Assembly: GCA_963719945.1 (NCBI GenBank) | Contig: CAVRDX010000004.1 | Span: 259,744-323,743, forward strand | Direction: 5' to 3' | Source of the DNA: an uncultured Thermoplasmata archaeon | GTDB taxonomy: Archaea; Thermoplasmatota; Thermoplasmata; UBA10834 | DNA length: 64,000 nt | Shown here: positions 10,475-19,704 of the stretch, piece by piece | Layout: each line of letters opens with the position of its first letter | Numbering within the stretch: position 1 is the stretch's first letter | Notes under the pieces: model-generated | Databases searched by the model: none | Seen by the model: only the letters and a program-made list of their open reading frames with translations | What the model was told of the DNA's origin: nothing | Translations under genes and position numbers: made by a program

Positions 10475-10532
10475 GCCTCCACGATTAAGACTTTACCGAA
10501 AGAGGGCATTCTCCCCATCCGGAAGCAGAACA

Positions 10533-11408
10533 ATGGAAGTATACGCCTTCGTCATAGTGGCTGCAATCATCGCTGCTATCGCCTACTCCTATCTGAAGCA
10601 GTTCAGTTTCTCCCTGGTCGCCAGCGCAACCTGCGGTGCAGTGTTCCTGTTCATGCTTATCGAGGCGGGAAGCTCGAGCCTGATACACTCACAGGCAATC
10701 TCAGAGCTCGGCCTCAAACAAAGGGACATAATCGACCCAGAGAGGTTCTACACGGTGCTCACATCTATGTTCACCCACGCCAGCTTCTTCCATGTATTCA
10801 TGAACGTGCTCGCCCTGGCATTCCTCGGCATGATCCTGGAACAGCGTATCGGGACTCGTCAATACATCCTGATATTCTTGTTCGCTGGGGTGTGCGGGAC
10901 ACTCTCATTTGTAGCATTCAGGTGGAACGAGCCAGCAATCCTGGTCGTGGGGGCTTCCGGGGCGATAAGTGGCATATTAGGCGCGTTGCTCAGACTGTAT
11001 CCACAGGAACGCATGACTCTGATGTTCTTCCCCGGGATGCCTTTGCCGCTCTGGACAATAGTCTTCGGATTCCTGCTTCTTCAGCTTGTTATGCTGGTCG
11101 GCGATTACGGAGTCGCGGTGGAATCTCATCTGGGCGGTTTGGTCGCCGGAATGTTCGCAGCACCTTATTTCGCGAAGGCGCAGATCCGTGGCAGGGAGAA
11201 GAGGACAATCCCCGTCTCAGCATTGAGGAAACTAGCCACCACACCGGAGTTAAGAGCCATGCTGGCTAGGATAGAGGATGAGGAGATCTTTGATGTCAGG
11301 AGCGCATGGATCGAGAAGTACATCTCCGTCGCCAAGTGTCCTGTGTGCGGGGCTCCTCTGAAGTCCCGGAAGGCTGGTCTGTTCTGTGATCGAGGGCACA
11401 TCCTATGA
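10533..11408 (+). CDS. Rhomboid-family intramembrane serine protease with C-terminal zinc ribbon
   Basis: Multi-TM protein with catalytic GASGAISG, a downstream His helix (ESHLGGLVAGM), and a C-terminal CPVCG...(11)...CDRGH. Confidence 0.85.
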   Translation: MEVYAFVIVAAIIAAIAYSYLKQFSFSLVASATCGAVFLFMLIEAGSSSLIHSQAISELGLKQRDIIDPERFYTVLTSMFTHASFFHVFMNVLALAFLGMILEQRIGTRQYILIFLFAGVCGTLSFVAFRWNEPAILVVGASGAISGILGALLRLYPQERMTLMFFPGMPLPLWTIVFGFLLLQLVMLVGDYGVAVESHLGGLVAGMFAAPYFAKAQIRGREKRTIPVSALRKLATTPELRAMLARIEDEEIFDVRSAWIEKYISVAKCPVCGAPLKSRKAGLFCDRGHIL

Positions 11409-11998
11409 CCGAGCGGACTTCCCATCCGATCGTAAGGGTTCTCCACCATGGATGGATCATCAGGGATGGTCCTAGAGTCGTGGATGCCTCTTCATCCGTC
11501 ACCCTCATCGAGGAGGATGACCGCTGTTTCCTGGTCGATACGGGAGCGTCCACGGACTCGCGCGCGCTCATACGCGCGCTTTTAGAGAACGGCCTTTGCC
11601 CTGAGGATATAAACGATGTGGTGAACACTCATCTGCACACCGACCATTGTGGCTGCAACGACCTGTTCACCAACGCCCGGTTCCATGCGCACGAATCCGA
11701 GTCTCCTCCTATGGGAACCATTCGATTGACCGGGGATGTCGATCTCTCCCCCCATATCCGCGTGGTCCATACACCGGGTCATACGAGGGGGTGCGTGTCC
11801 GTCTTCGTGGAATCGGATACAAGGTATGCGATATGCGGAGACGCCCTTCCCACGGAGGCCAATTATCTGTCATGGGGGCCTCCAGGGATACATTTCGACC
11901 GCTCCCTCGCCTTGGCGAGCATGGGGCTCATCGTCGGCTGGGCCAAAACCGTGGTCCCGGGTCACGACAAGCCCTTTAGAGTCATGGGAAAGAAGTAA
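11405..11998 (+). CDS. MBL-fold metallo-hydrolase
   Basis: HxHxDH motif (THLHTDHCG) and a later TPGHT. ATGA start/stop overlap with the rhomboid gene. Confidence 0.85.
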   Translation: MTERTSHPIVRVLHHGWIIRDGPRVVDASSSVTLIEEDDRCFLVDTGASTDSRALIRALLENGLCPEDINDVVNTHLHTDHCGCNDLFTNARFHAHESESPPMGTIRLTGDVDLSPHIRVVHTPGHTRGCVSVFVESDTRYAICGDALPTEANYLSWGPPGIHFDRSLALASMGLIVGWAKTVVPGHDKPFRVMGKK

Positions 11999-12023
11999 GA
12001 CCAAGGACCGCAATGGACTCGTG

Positions 12024-12677
12024 ATGAAAGCAGTACCTGCGTCCATATCCGCCGAATGTCCTATATGTCGGGAGGAGACCCTTCACGAGATACTCACGGG
12101 CAAGGTGGCAGGCAAGTCCAAAGCGGTCTTGGACTGTACCGCCAAATGTCGTCAGTGCGGACAGGTTCATCATGTCGTCTTGAGCGAGGACAAGCCGGTC
12201 GAGATACCGGTCATCGTCAGCTGGCTCGAGTCTTCCAAGAAGACCTCGGTGGTTTTCGGTCCGGACGAGATGATATTCGTGGATGATGAGATCATGTGTG
12301 CGGAGATTCCAGCGCTCATAACATCCATCGAGTCCAAGGGCGCCCGCGTGAAACGATGCAAGGCCAAGAACATCGATACGATCTGGGCCAAGAAGTTCGA
12401 CAAGATCCGCGTACCATTTTCCATCAATCATCAGGGCAAGAGCCGCTCCGATCATGTCATGGCGCTCCCGGACGAGGAGTTCTACATCGGTGACATGCTC
12501 GAGATCAGCAAGAGGCAGGTCGTCATCCACTCTATAAAGATCGAACAGAGGGTCCTCAGACGCGGCTCGGCGCTGGCCAGGGACATAGTCAGGGTCTACG
12601 GCAACATAGTCAGGAGGACGGATCAGAACATGCCGCGTCCTCCACGCCCTACGCGCCCTCCAAGGTTTAAATCGTAA
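12024..12677 (+). CDS. Archaeal zinc-finger protein (COG1326 / HVO_0476-like by recollection)
   Basis: CPICREE...(about 30)...CRQCGQVHH zinc ribbon at the N-terminus. I trimmed the ORF-track start at 11736 to the ATG at 12024, just after the upstream stop. Confidence 0.65.
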   Translation: MKAVPASISAECPICREETLHEILTGKVAGKSKAVLDCTAKCRQCGQVHHVVLSEDKPVEIPVIVSWLESSKKTSVVFGPDEMIFVDDEIMCAEIPALITSIESKGARVKRCKAKNIDTIWAKKFDKIRVPFSINHQGKSRSDHVMALPDEEFYIGDMLEISKRQVVIHSIKIEQRVLRRGSALARDIVRVYGNIVRRTDQNMPRPPRPTRPPRFKS

Positions 12678-12697
12678 TAGCCCCCTCTTATCGTACG

Positions 12698-13360
12698 ATG
12701 GACTTCGAAAGGGCTAGAACGGAGCTCGTGGCGCATCTGAGGCGGAGCCGCTTCCTCAAGGATGATCGGGTAGCGGATGCGATGCTGAAGGTGCCTAGGG
12801 AGGAGTTCGTCCCGAGCTCGATGCGGGAAGAAGCGTACACTGACTCCCCGCTCCCGATCGGTTCCGGGCAGACTATATCCGCCCCTCACATGGTCGCCAT
12901 GATGGCGGAAGCATCGCAGCTCAAGAGTGGGCAGAAAGTGCTCGAGATAGGCGCCGGGTCTGGATATCACGCGGCTGTGGTAGCTGAGCTTGTCCGACCA
13001 GGTGGGAAGGTGTTCACGGTCGAGCGGATATCGTCTCTGGCGAGATTCGCGGATGACAACATAAATCGCACTGGATATGGCGATACCGTGCGGATAATCT
13101 GCGGCGACGGCTCAAACGGTCTTCCGGAGGAGGCACCTTTCGACAGGATATTCGTCGCGTGCGCCGCGCCTGATATACCTGGGCCGTTGAAGGCTCAGCT
13201 GACCGATGGCGGGAGATTGTTGGTGCCTGTCGGAGGTCGATATTTCCAGAACCTGATGCTTGTGGAACGTAAAGGTTCGAAGTTCAATCAGGAGGATCTC
13301 GGAGGTTGCGTGTTCGTTCCGCTCATAGGTGACCACGGCTATCGAACATCGTTTATGTGA
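12698..13360 (+). CDS. pcm: Protein-L-isoaspartate O-methyltransferase
   Basis: GQTISAPHMVA and VLEIGAGSGYHAA motifs; 220 aa. Confidence 0.95.
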   Translation: MDFERARTELVAHLRRSRFLKDDRVADAMLKVPREEFVPSSMREEAYTDSPLPIGSGQTISAPHMVAMMAEASQLKSGQKVLEIGAGSGYHAAVVAELVRPGGKVFTVERISSLARFADDNINRTGYGDTVRIICGDGSNGLPEEAPFDRIFVACAAPDIPGPLKAQLTDGGRLLVPVGGRYFQNLMLVERKGSKFNQEDLGGCVFVPLIGDHGYRTSFM

Positions 13361-13986
13361 TCCAGTATTCTGCTGAGGTCCCGTCCCTCTACCACGATAT
13401 CCGCCCGCGCCCTCACATCTTCATCCTCCGGAGAGAACGCGATGCCTATCGAAGAAGCCTCGAACATCGTGACATCGTACCGGGAGTTGCCCACGCTCAC
13501 GATGTCCTTCTGTTCTATCCCGAGGCGACGGGCGGTTTCGGTGACAGTGTTGCCTTTGTCCATCAGCCTCACTCGCAAGATGCCTTCACCGGACAAGCGG
13601 TCCTGGGCATCCGTCTCGAGGCCGTTTGCGAATTGCATGTCCATGCCTAGCTGCTGGCATATGCGTTCGGAAAGCAGGTCGATGCCGGCCGATACTATGA
13701 TGGTTATATGACCCGCCTCCTTCAGGAGCGAGACCGTCTTTTCGGCTCCATTCATCAGGGGCGCATCATCGAGCATCTTCCTGATGGCCTCTCGCGTGAT
13801 CCCTGGGTCCTTCTCACGCCACAGCTCGATGTCCCTTCGGATGAACTCGCGGTCGTCTATCTCACCTCTGAGATACGCGTAGAGTGAATGGTTGTTGTTC
13901 ACGCCGAACTTGCGGTGGACGAAGACCCAAGAGCTGTCGACATCGGCGAGCACACCGTCCATGTCGAACACTACCAGCTTTGTCAC
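13339..13986 (-). CDS. HAD-superfamily hydrolase (phosphoserine-phosphatase-like subfamily IB)
   Basis: DxD motif VVFDMDGVL, SAG, and a late GNSRYD motif. I chose the GTG at 13986, because the ORF-track start at 14067 would overlap the divergent TraB gene. Confidence 0.78.
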   Translation of the reverse strand: MTKLVVFDMDGVLADVDSSWVFVHRKFGVNNNHSLYAYLRGEIDDREFIRRDIELWREKDPGITREAIRKMLDDAPLMNGAEKTVSLLKEAGHITIIVSAGIDLLSERICQQLGMDMQFANGLETDAQDRLSGEGILRVRLMDKGNTVTETARRLGIEQKDIVSVGNSRYDVTMFEASSIGIAFSPEDEDVRARADIVVEGRDLSRILDHINDVR

Positions 13987-14040
13987 AGCCAGCCAATGGA
14001 ACGAAGGTTTATTAAAAGCATCTTCCGATGGAGACCGTCG

Positions 14041-14745
14041 ATGATAACGCTGGTCGGAGTCGGGCACGTGTTTGCCATATCAGACAATCTGAAGGATATC
14101 ATTCGCTCGAAGAACCCCGAAGTGGTGTGCCTGGAACTCGATGCAGCGCGGTTCAATTCGTTGATGAGCAAGAACCAGAGCAAGAAGGTCCCGCTGCAGT
14201 ACATGGTGCTTGCCAGCATCCAGCGCCGCATGGCCAACAAATTCGGGTCCGAGGTCGGCGACGAGATGTTGGCGGCCTTTGGCGCCGCCCGGGAGATCGG
14301 TGCAAAGGTGGCGTTGATCGACATGGAGGCCTCGATGGTCTTCAACAAGATGTGGCGCGCGATGTCTCTGAAGGAGAAGGTCAACTTGTTCATTGGGGCG
14401 CTCATAGGTCTGGTGGCCTCCAAAGAGAAGGTCGAGCACGAGCTGGATGCGTATGCGGGTAACGAGGCGAAGTACCTGGACACGTTGGGGGAGCAGTTCC
14501 CGTCCATCAAGAGGGTGCTCCTGGACGACAGAAACGTCTACATGGCGGAGCGCCTAGTATCGTTGGCGACCAAGCATCAGAATATACTGGCAATCGTCGG
14601 AGATGGCCACATCTCAGGCCTGACCGCTGCTTTGGCCGGCCAAGAGGTAGAGACCATCAGACTGAAGGATGTGCGGGATGGGTCTGCAATACCCGAGGGC
14701 TCGTCCACTGATTATTCAATCAGCTACCGGTACGACATCCAGTGA
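14041..14745 (+). CDS. TraB/PrgY-family protein
   Basis: N-terminal ITLVGVGHVFAISDNLKDIIRSKNPEVVCLELDAARF is typical of TraB. ATG at 14041, internal to ORF 13888..14745. Confidence 0.72.
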   Translation: MITLVGVGHVFAISDNLKDIIRSKNPEVVCLELDAARFNSLMSKNQSKKVPLQYMVLASIQRRMANKFGSEVGDEMLAAFGAAREIGAKVALIDMEASMVFNKMWRAMSLKEKVNLFIGALIGLVASKEKVEHELDAYAGNEAKYLDTLGEQFPSIKRVLLDDRNVYMAERLVSLATKHQNILAIVGDGHISGLTAALAGQEVETIRLKDVRDGSAIPEGSSTDYSISYRYDIQ

Positions 14746-14847
14746 TCCGCCGCGCGGTCCATCTTCGCCGTCAGTCATATCCGGCATCCCTCGTGAAAAG
14801 CATTTAGGTAGGTAAGTGGTTTAGCGGGACGCTCAGCGGGGATATCC

Positions 14848-15564
14848 TTGAATGTGAGATTGCTGAACTACACCAAGAACCCGGACAAGGTATGTGCGGC
14901 AGCGGCACAATCGTGCTACTCTGAGAAGGGTGCTGGTGAACTGTTCGATACTACGGCCGATGAGCGTGCCGAGAAGATGATCACGAAGGTCGTCGGTATG
15001 GGACATCTATCGGTCGTGGAGCACGCCTATTTCACATTCAGCATCGAGGGTGTATCCAGATCCCTCACGCACCAGCTCGTCAGGCACAGGATCGCCTCCT
15101 ATTCTCAGCAGAGCCAGAGATATGTCGGCATGGCCAAGGCCGAATATGTGCTCCCTCCGTCGGTAGCGGGCGATGATGATGCGAGGAGGAAGTACACGCA
15201 GGCGATGGACGCGGCCTGGAAGGCCTATCGTGAACTCGCCGAGATCGTGCCCAAGGAAGATGCCCGATACGTGCTCCCGAACGCATGCCACACGAACATA
15301 ACGGTCACCATGAACGCGCGCGAGCTCTGGCACCTGTTCAGGCTCCGATGCTGCCGGAGGGCACAATGGGAGATACGCATGATGGCCTGGAAGATGCTGG
15401 AAGAGGCGAAGAAGGTCGCTCCCATACTCTTCGAGAACGCAGGACCTGGCTGCTTTGCTGGACCATGCCCTGAGGGGGAGTATTCGTGCGGAAAACCCTA
15501 CAGGCGCGGTCAGATGCCCTCGGACGAGGAATTGCTGGTCGAGAGCGCCAAACCAAGTGGTTGA
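14848..15564 (+). CDS. thyX: FAD-dependent thymidylate synthase
   Basis: ThyX signature RHRIASYSQQSQRY (RHRxxSxxxxSxR). Confidence 0.95.
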   Translation: MNVRLLNYTKNPDKVCAAAAQSCYSEKGAGELFDTTADERAEKMITKVVGMGHLSVVEHAYFTFSIEGVSRSLTHQLVRHRIASYSQQSQRYVGMAKAEYVLPPSVAGDDDARRKYTQAMDAAWKAYRELAEIVPKEDARYVLPNACHTNITVTMNARELWHLFRLRCCRRAQWEIRMMAWKMLEEAKKVAPILFENAGPGCFAGPCPEGEYSCGKPYRRGQMPSDEELLVESAKPSG

Positions 15565-15609
15565 ATATTCTGGCTATTATCACAACGGGAAGGCCGCTGT
15601 CCGCAAACC

Positions 15610-15618
15610 ATATATATA
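15610..15618 (+). promoter_or_regulatory. TATA box plus SD candidate for rps17e
   Basis: ATATATATA lies about 39 nt upstream of the ATG at 15653. GGTGAG (15643-15648) is 4 nt before the ATG. Confidence 0.5.
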
Positions 15619-15652
15619 CCCTTCTCATTCGGAGAGTTTCACGGTGAGCCTC

Positions 15653-15844
15653 ATGGGAAACATCAGGCCGACATACATCAAGAGGGTAGCAATCGAACTG
15701 GTTCAGAAGTACCCTGAGCAGTTCTCTGGTGACTACCAACACAACAAAGAGATGGTGTCAAAACTCACTGATGTACGGTCGATCTCAATGAGGAACAAGA
15801 TTGCTGGGTATGTGACGCGATACCGTACCCACTACGAAGCCTGA
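15653..15844 (+). CDS. rps17e: 30S ribosomal protein S17e
   Basis: MGNIRPTYIKRVAIELVQKYPEQF is the S17e N-terminus; 63 aa. The longer ORF-track version from 15455 is an in-frame run-on. Confidence 0.9.
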   Translation: MGNIRPTYIKRVAIELVQKYPEQFSGDYQHNKEMVSKLTDVRSISMRNKIAGYVTRYRTHYEA

Positions 15845-15906
15845 TATTGCGCCTATCATCGGCGGTCCTCAAACCGGTTGATATTTTCATCTGGGCGTAC
15901 CACGCC

Positions 15907-15912
15907 TATATA
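15907..15912 (+). promoter_or_regulatory. TATA box candidate for the ABC transporter operon
   Basis: CCTATATAGCC lies about 25-35 nt upstream of the GTG at 15932 and ATG at 15944. Confidence 0.45.
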
Positions 15913-15943
15913 GCCATCAAATGATGTTCGAGTGTGCATAACT

Positions 15944-16921
15944 ATGCATCAATACGCGGTCGAAACACAATCACTGACACGTGTCTTCACACCAAAGAAG
16001 CGAGACGGGGAACCAGTCCACGCCCTCAACTCAGTCGATCTCAAGATAGAGACCGGAGAGCTGTTCGGCCTGCTTGGCCCGAACGGGGCCGGCAAGACCA
16101 CGCTTCTCAAGATACTCTGCACACTGCTTCTGCCGACATCGGGCAAGGCATTCGTTGCGGGTCTTGACGTCGAGACTCAGTACCATGGTATACGAACGAA
16201 GATCAACATGGTCAGTGGCGGTGAGATGTCCGGGTACGGGCTACTGACGGTCAGGGAGAACCTGTGGATGTTCTCGCAGTTCTACGGCATCAAGAGCCAG
16301 GTCGCCAAGGACAAGATAGACGGCCTTTTGGAGACCTTCGGGATGACTGACAAGAGCAAAGCGAAGTTGAGGACGCTGTCCACTGGTCAGCGCCAGAAGA
16401 TGAATGTGATAAGGGGCTTCGTAACCGACCCTGATATCATATTCCTTGACGAACCGACACTTGGTCTGGACGTCAATGCCAGTCGCGTCATCAGGACATT
16501 CATCCTCGACTGGCTTAAAGACAACCCCAGCAAAACTGTCGTTCTCACGACCCATTACATGGCAGAGGCCGACGAGCTCTGCGACAGGATCGCCATCATC
16601 GACCAGGGTGGGATACTCGCATGTGACACCCCTGAGCGGCTGAAGCGGACTGTCAGGATGAACACGACCCTCAGCATGGATGTGACCCTGATGAAGAACA
16701 GGAAGGTCTTCGAGGGGTTGAAAGGGGTCGAGCAAGTAACGTTCATCGATGATTCAGAACGCAATCAGACGCATGTGAAATTCGTCGTTCAGGACGATTC
16801 CTGCGTCTCGGACATAGTCTCTGGCGTGCTCGATCAGGGTTCCAAGATAATCTCGCTTCAGAAGACTGAACCGACCCTCGAGGACGTGTTCATCAAGATG
16901 GTTGGTAAGGGATTCGAATGA
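15944..16921 (+). CDS. ABC transporter ATP-binding protein (DrrA/ABC-2 type)
   Basis: Walker A GPNGAGKTT, signature LSTGQRQ, Walker B IIFLDEPT. Confidence 0.9.
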   Translation: MHQYAVETQSLTRVFTPKKRDGEPVHALNSVDLKIETGELFGLLGPNGAGKTTLLKILCTLLLPTSGKAFVAGLDVETQYHGIRTKINMVSGGEMSGYGLLTVRENLWMFSQFYGIKSQVAKDKIDGLLETFGMTDKSKAKLRTLSTGQRQKMNVIRGFVTDPDIIFLDEPTLGLDVNASRVIRTFILDWLKDNPSKTVVLTTHYMAEADELCDRIAIIDQGGILACDTPERLKRTVRMNTTLSMDVTLMKNRKVFEGLKGVEQVTFIDDSERNQTHVKFVVQDDSCVSDIVSGVLDQGSKIISLQKTEPTLEDVFIKMVGKGFE

Positions 16922-17739
16922 CAGATGGTTGGCTTATCAAGAACATGAGGGCCATCCGGGGCCGTGCATATCCTAGGGTGATCGGTGCGGGCAGGGAGCC
17001 CAGCTGGATCTTCTTCGAGATAGTGTTGCCCCTGTTCACAGTCGCCGCCTACGCGTACATCTATAAGTTCATGGACGCGCGCGCGGAGCTGATCGGATAT
17101 GTCGTGCTGGGCGGTGCCATGACCGCCTTCTGGTTGAACGTGCTCTGGAACATGGCATCCCAATTCTACTGGGAGAAGGAGATAGGGAACCTCCAGTTGT
17201 ACATGATAGCGCCTATCTCCAGGATGTCTGTGCTGGCGGGAATGGCCCTGGGCGGCATGTTCTCGACCACACTGCACGCCGCATCGACATTGCTGATAGG
17301 GACGATGCTGTTCAACATCGCGTTCCAGGTCGTCGACCCGATCATGTTGATACTGATATTCGCCACGACGCTTGTGGCCCTTTACGGCATGGGCATGATG
17401 TTCGCCTCGATGTATCTGTTATTTGGTCGCGAGGCTCATCATCTCTCCAACCTGCTGACGGACCCAGTGTATCTGGTATCGGGTTTCTATTTCCCGGTGA
17501 ATTCCCTTGGGAAATATGCTGCAGCCGGCGCTTCGTTGATCCCGGTCACCTTGGGCCTCGACGCGTTGCGTCAACTGTTCTTCTCGAATGTCTCAGGGGA
17601 TGGGTTCCTGCCTCTCAACATCGAGCTACTCATACTCGTCGGACTTAGCATCCTGTTCATGGTGCTCGCGAAGTACTCGCTCTCGTACATGGAGTACCTG
17701 GGCAAGACGACTGGGAGGTTGACTTTGAGATGGCAATAA
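16918..17739 (+). CDS. ABC-2 type transporter permease
   Basis: ATGA overlap with the ATPase gene. About six hydrophobic helices, 273 aa. Confidence 0.8.
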   Translation: MTDGWLIKNMRAIRGRAYPRVIGAGREPSWIFFEIVLPLFTVAAYAYIYKFMDARAELIGYVVLGGAMTAFWLNVLWNMASQFYWEKEIGNLQLYMIAPISRMSVLAGMALGGMFSTTLHAASTLLIGTMLFNIAFQVVDPIMLILIFATTLVALYGMGMMFASMYLLFGREAHHLSNLLTDPVYLVSGFYFPVNSLGKYAAAGASLIPVTLGLDALRQLFFSNVSGDGFLPLNIELLILVGLSILFMVLAKYSLSYMEYLGKTTGRLTLRWQ

Positions 17740-18608
17740 TCCACGACCTCCGGACGCTCAAGAACGCCGCATGGCTCGGCTGGCAGATGGAGGCGAACTG
17801 GACCGACCCGTTCCTGTTCGCCACTTATTCGATAGTGAAACCCATCAGCGCGACCTTGATCCTGGTGTTCATGTACATGGTAGTGACCGGCGGGGAGACA
17901 TCCACGCCCTTCTTCTCCTACATGTACATCGGGAACGCCCTCTACATGTACGTCGCCGAGGTGCTGTTCGGCGTGACTTGGGTCATCCACGACGATAGGG
18001 AGCACTACATGACCCTGAAACAGGTGTACATCGCCCCCATCAAGTTCTACATGTACATACTCGGCCGTTCAGCGATAAAGATCGCGATAACCTCCGCGGG
18101 CGTGTTCATTACCCTCCTCTTCGGAGTGATCGTGCTAGGGGTCGGGATAGACATTGGAGCGATAGACTGGCCGCTGTTCGCAGTCTCCATGCTCCTCGGT
18201 ATGAGCTGCATATGCGTGCTCGGCCTTGCGCTGGGTGGGGTCACGTTCCTCACGGCGAAGCACTCGATCGGCATAAACGAAGGTGTCGCCGGCGTGTTCT
18301 ATGTGCTCTCAGGAGTCATATTCCCTATCACCGCCCTTCCCGGATGGGCACAGTCGATATCCAAGGTCCTGCCGGTGACCTACTGGATGGATTCGATGCG
18401 CCGGGCGCTGATGCCGGAGACGATGAACGAGCTCAACTCCCTGTCGGGCATGGACGTGACCGGTCTGGGCACGTTGGACAACCTGTTCATAATGTCGTTC
18501 CTGGCACTATCCACCGCCGTCTTCTTCATGTTATCCATGGGCGTGTTCAAGTATGCGGACAACGTCGCCAGGAGGAAGGGCAAGATAGACTGGACCACTT
18601 CGTACTGA
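17730..18608 (+). CDS. ABC-2 type transporter permease (second subunit)
   Basis: Overlaps the previous permease by 10 nt. Multi-TM, 292 aa. Confidence 0.8.
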   Translation: MAIIHDLRTLKNAAWLGWQMEANWTDPFLFATYSIVKPISATLILVFMYMVVTGGETSTPFFSYMYIGNALYMYVAEVLFGVTWVIHDDREHYMTLKQVYIAPIKFYMYILGRSAIKIAITSAGVFITLLFGVIVLGVGIDIGAIDWPLFAVSMLLGMSCICVLGLALGGVTFLTAKHSIGINEGVAGVFYVLSGVIFPITALPGWAQSISKVLPVTYWMDSMRRALMPETMNELNSLSGMDVTGLGTLDNLFIMSFLALSTAVFFMLSMGVFKYADNVARRKGKIDWTTSY

Positions 18609-18679
18609 CGCCCCAGGGAATGGTTAGTTATTTCTACCGTTCCCCGCATGGAGGTGTCCGCTCAATGAGCGCAATCATT

Positions 18680-18753
18680 GCCCGAGTGGGGTAGCTTGGA
18701 TATCCTAGAAGCCTGCGGAGTTTCAGACCTGGGTTCGAATCCCAGCTCGGGCG
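18680..18753 (+). tRNA. tRNA-Arg (anticodon GCG)
   Basis: Hand-folded cloverleaf. Acceptor GCCCGAG/CTCGGGC. D arm has A14, G18G19 and A21. Anticodon stem GAAGC/GTTTC with loop CTGCGGA (GCG at 18715-18717). T arm CTGGG-TTCGAAT-CCCAG, discriminator G. Confidence 0.85.
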
Positions 18754-18813
18754 CCTCCTTCTTTCGAATCGCAGGGCAAGAGCCATCTACACCTTAGCTC
18801 AATCCCTTGTACG

Positions 18814-19704
18814 ATGCGTCCTGAATTCGATACCATATTGAACGATCTCAGGGGAGACAACCTCTCGGGTGCAACCGCCCTGACCATCGAGGCTTCAAAA
18901 TCGCTCTGGAGAATATGCAGCGACCCGAAGACAAAACTCCAACGAAATGATGTCTCGGAGCTGGCAGTCGCTCTCGTAAGGGCCCAGCCGAACATGGGTT
19001 GCATCTGGAGCCTTGCGGATTCGTTGCTGAAGGCCGATCCCACCCCGATTGAGATATCTCGGATGTGCGAATCGACGATCACTCATCACATGTCCGCTCC
19101 AGGCAAGCTGGCGGACATCGTCCTACCATCCATCAAGGGGAAGACCATCCTCACGAGCAGCTCTAGCAGCGCGGTTTTCAACGCACTCGTGAAAGCATCA
19201 TCGGATTCGCAACTCTCGGTCTTCGCGTGTGAGTCCAGACCTCTGCGGGAGGGCGTGATCATGGCGAGAGAACTGAGCAGCCTGGGGGTCGAAGTGACCG
19301 TGATCGCCGATGCCGCATTGGCGAAGTATTCTGCCAAGGCCGATGTCATGCTCGTGGGCTCGGATATGGTCAATGCGAACGGTGCCATCGGCAAGATCGG
19401 TATCGCTCACATGGGCCTCTCCTCCAGAGCCTATGGAACTCCGCTGCTGGTCCTGTCAGATTCCTCGAAGTTCGTGCCCGCTCCCCTCGTGGATGATTCG
19501 CGAAGACCGGACGAATTGCTCGAACCAGGTCTCACTTCAGTACGGGCGGAGAACTTTTATTTCGAGGAGGCCCCCCACGGAGCGATCTCGTCGATATTCA
19601 CGGAATCCAGACAGATGACTGGTCCTGAAGCCGCCAAGATCGCTTCCGAGGTGCTGTTGGACGAGCGACTATCGGCTCTCATCGGCCGTTCTGGATCTTC
19701 CTGA
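18814..19704 (+). CDS. eIF-2B alpha/beta/delta-family protein (initiation factor 2B-related)
   Basis: IF-2B family core (ESRPLREG...VTVIADAA...VGSDMVNANGAIGKIG...PLLVLSDSSKF). Confidence 0.8.
   Translation: MRPEFDTILNDLRGDNLSGATALTIEASKSLWRICSDPKTKLQRNDVSELAVALVRAQPNMGCIWSLADSLLKADPTPIEISRMCESTITHHMSAPGKLADIVLPSIKGKTILTSSSSSAVFNALVKASSDSQLSVFACESRPLREGVIMARELSSLGVEVTVIADAALAKYSAKADVMLVGSDMVNANGAIGKIGIAHMGLSSRAYGTPLLVLSDSSKFVPAPLVDDSRRPDELLEPGLTSVRAENFYFEEAPHGAISSIFTESRQMTGPEAAKIASEVLLDERLSALIGRSGSS

Noticed and set aside
15455-15652. N-terminal 66-codon extension of the S17e ORF, and similar run-on extensions of gatD (6440), iorB (50875), the DUF1847-like gene (42529), NifX-like copy 1 (40312), the ABC ATPase (62039) and the MttB-like gene (21238).
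   Set aside because: The extensions overlap upstream genes or promoters and are compositionally aberrant. Conserved family N-termini begin at internal start codons that have SD-like or TATA support.
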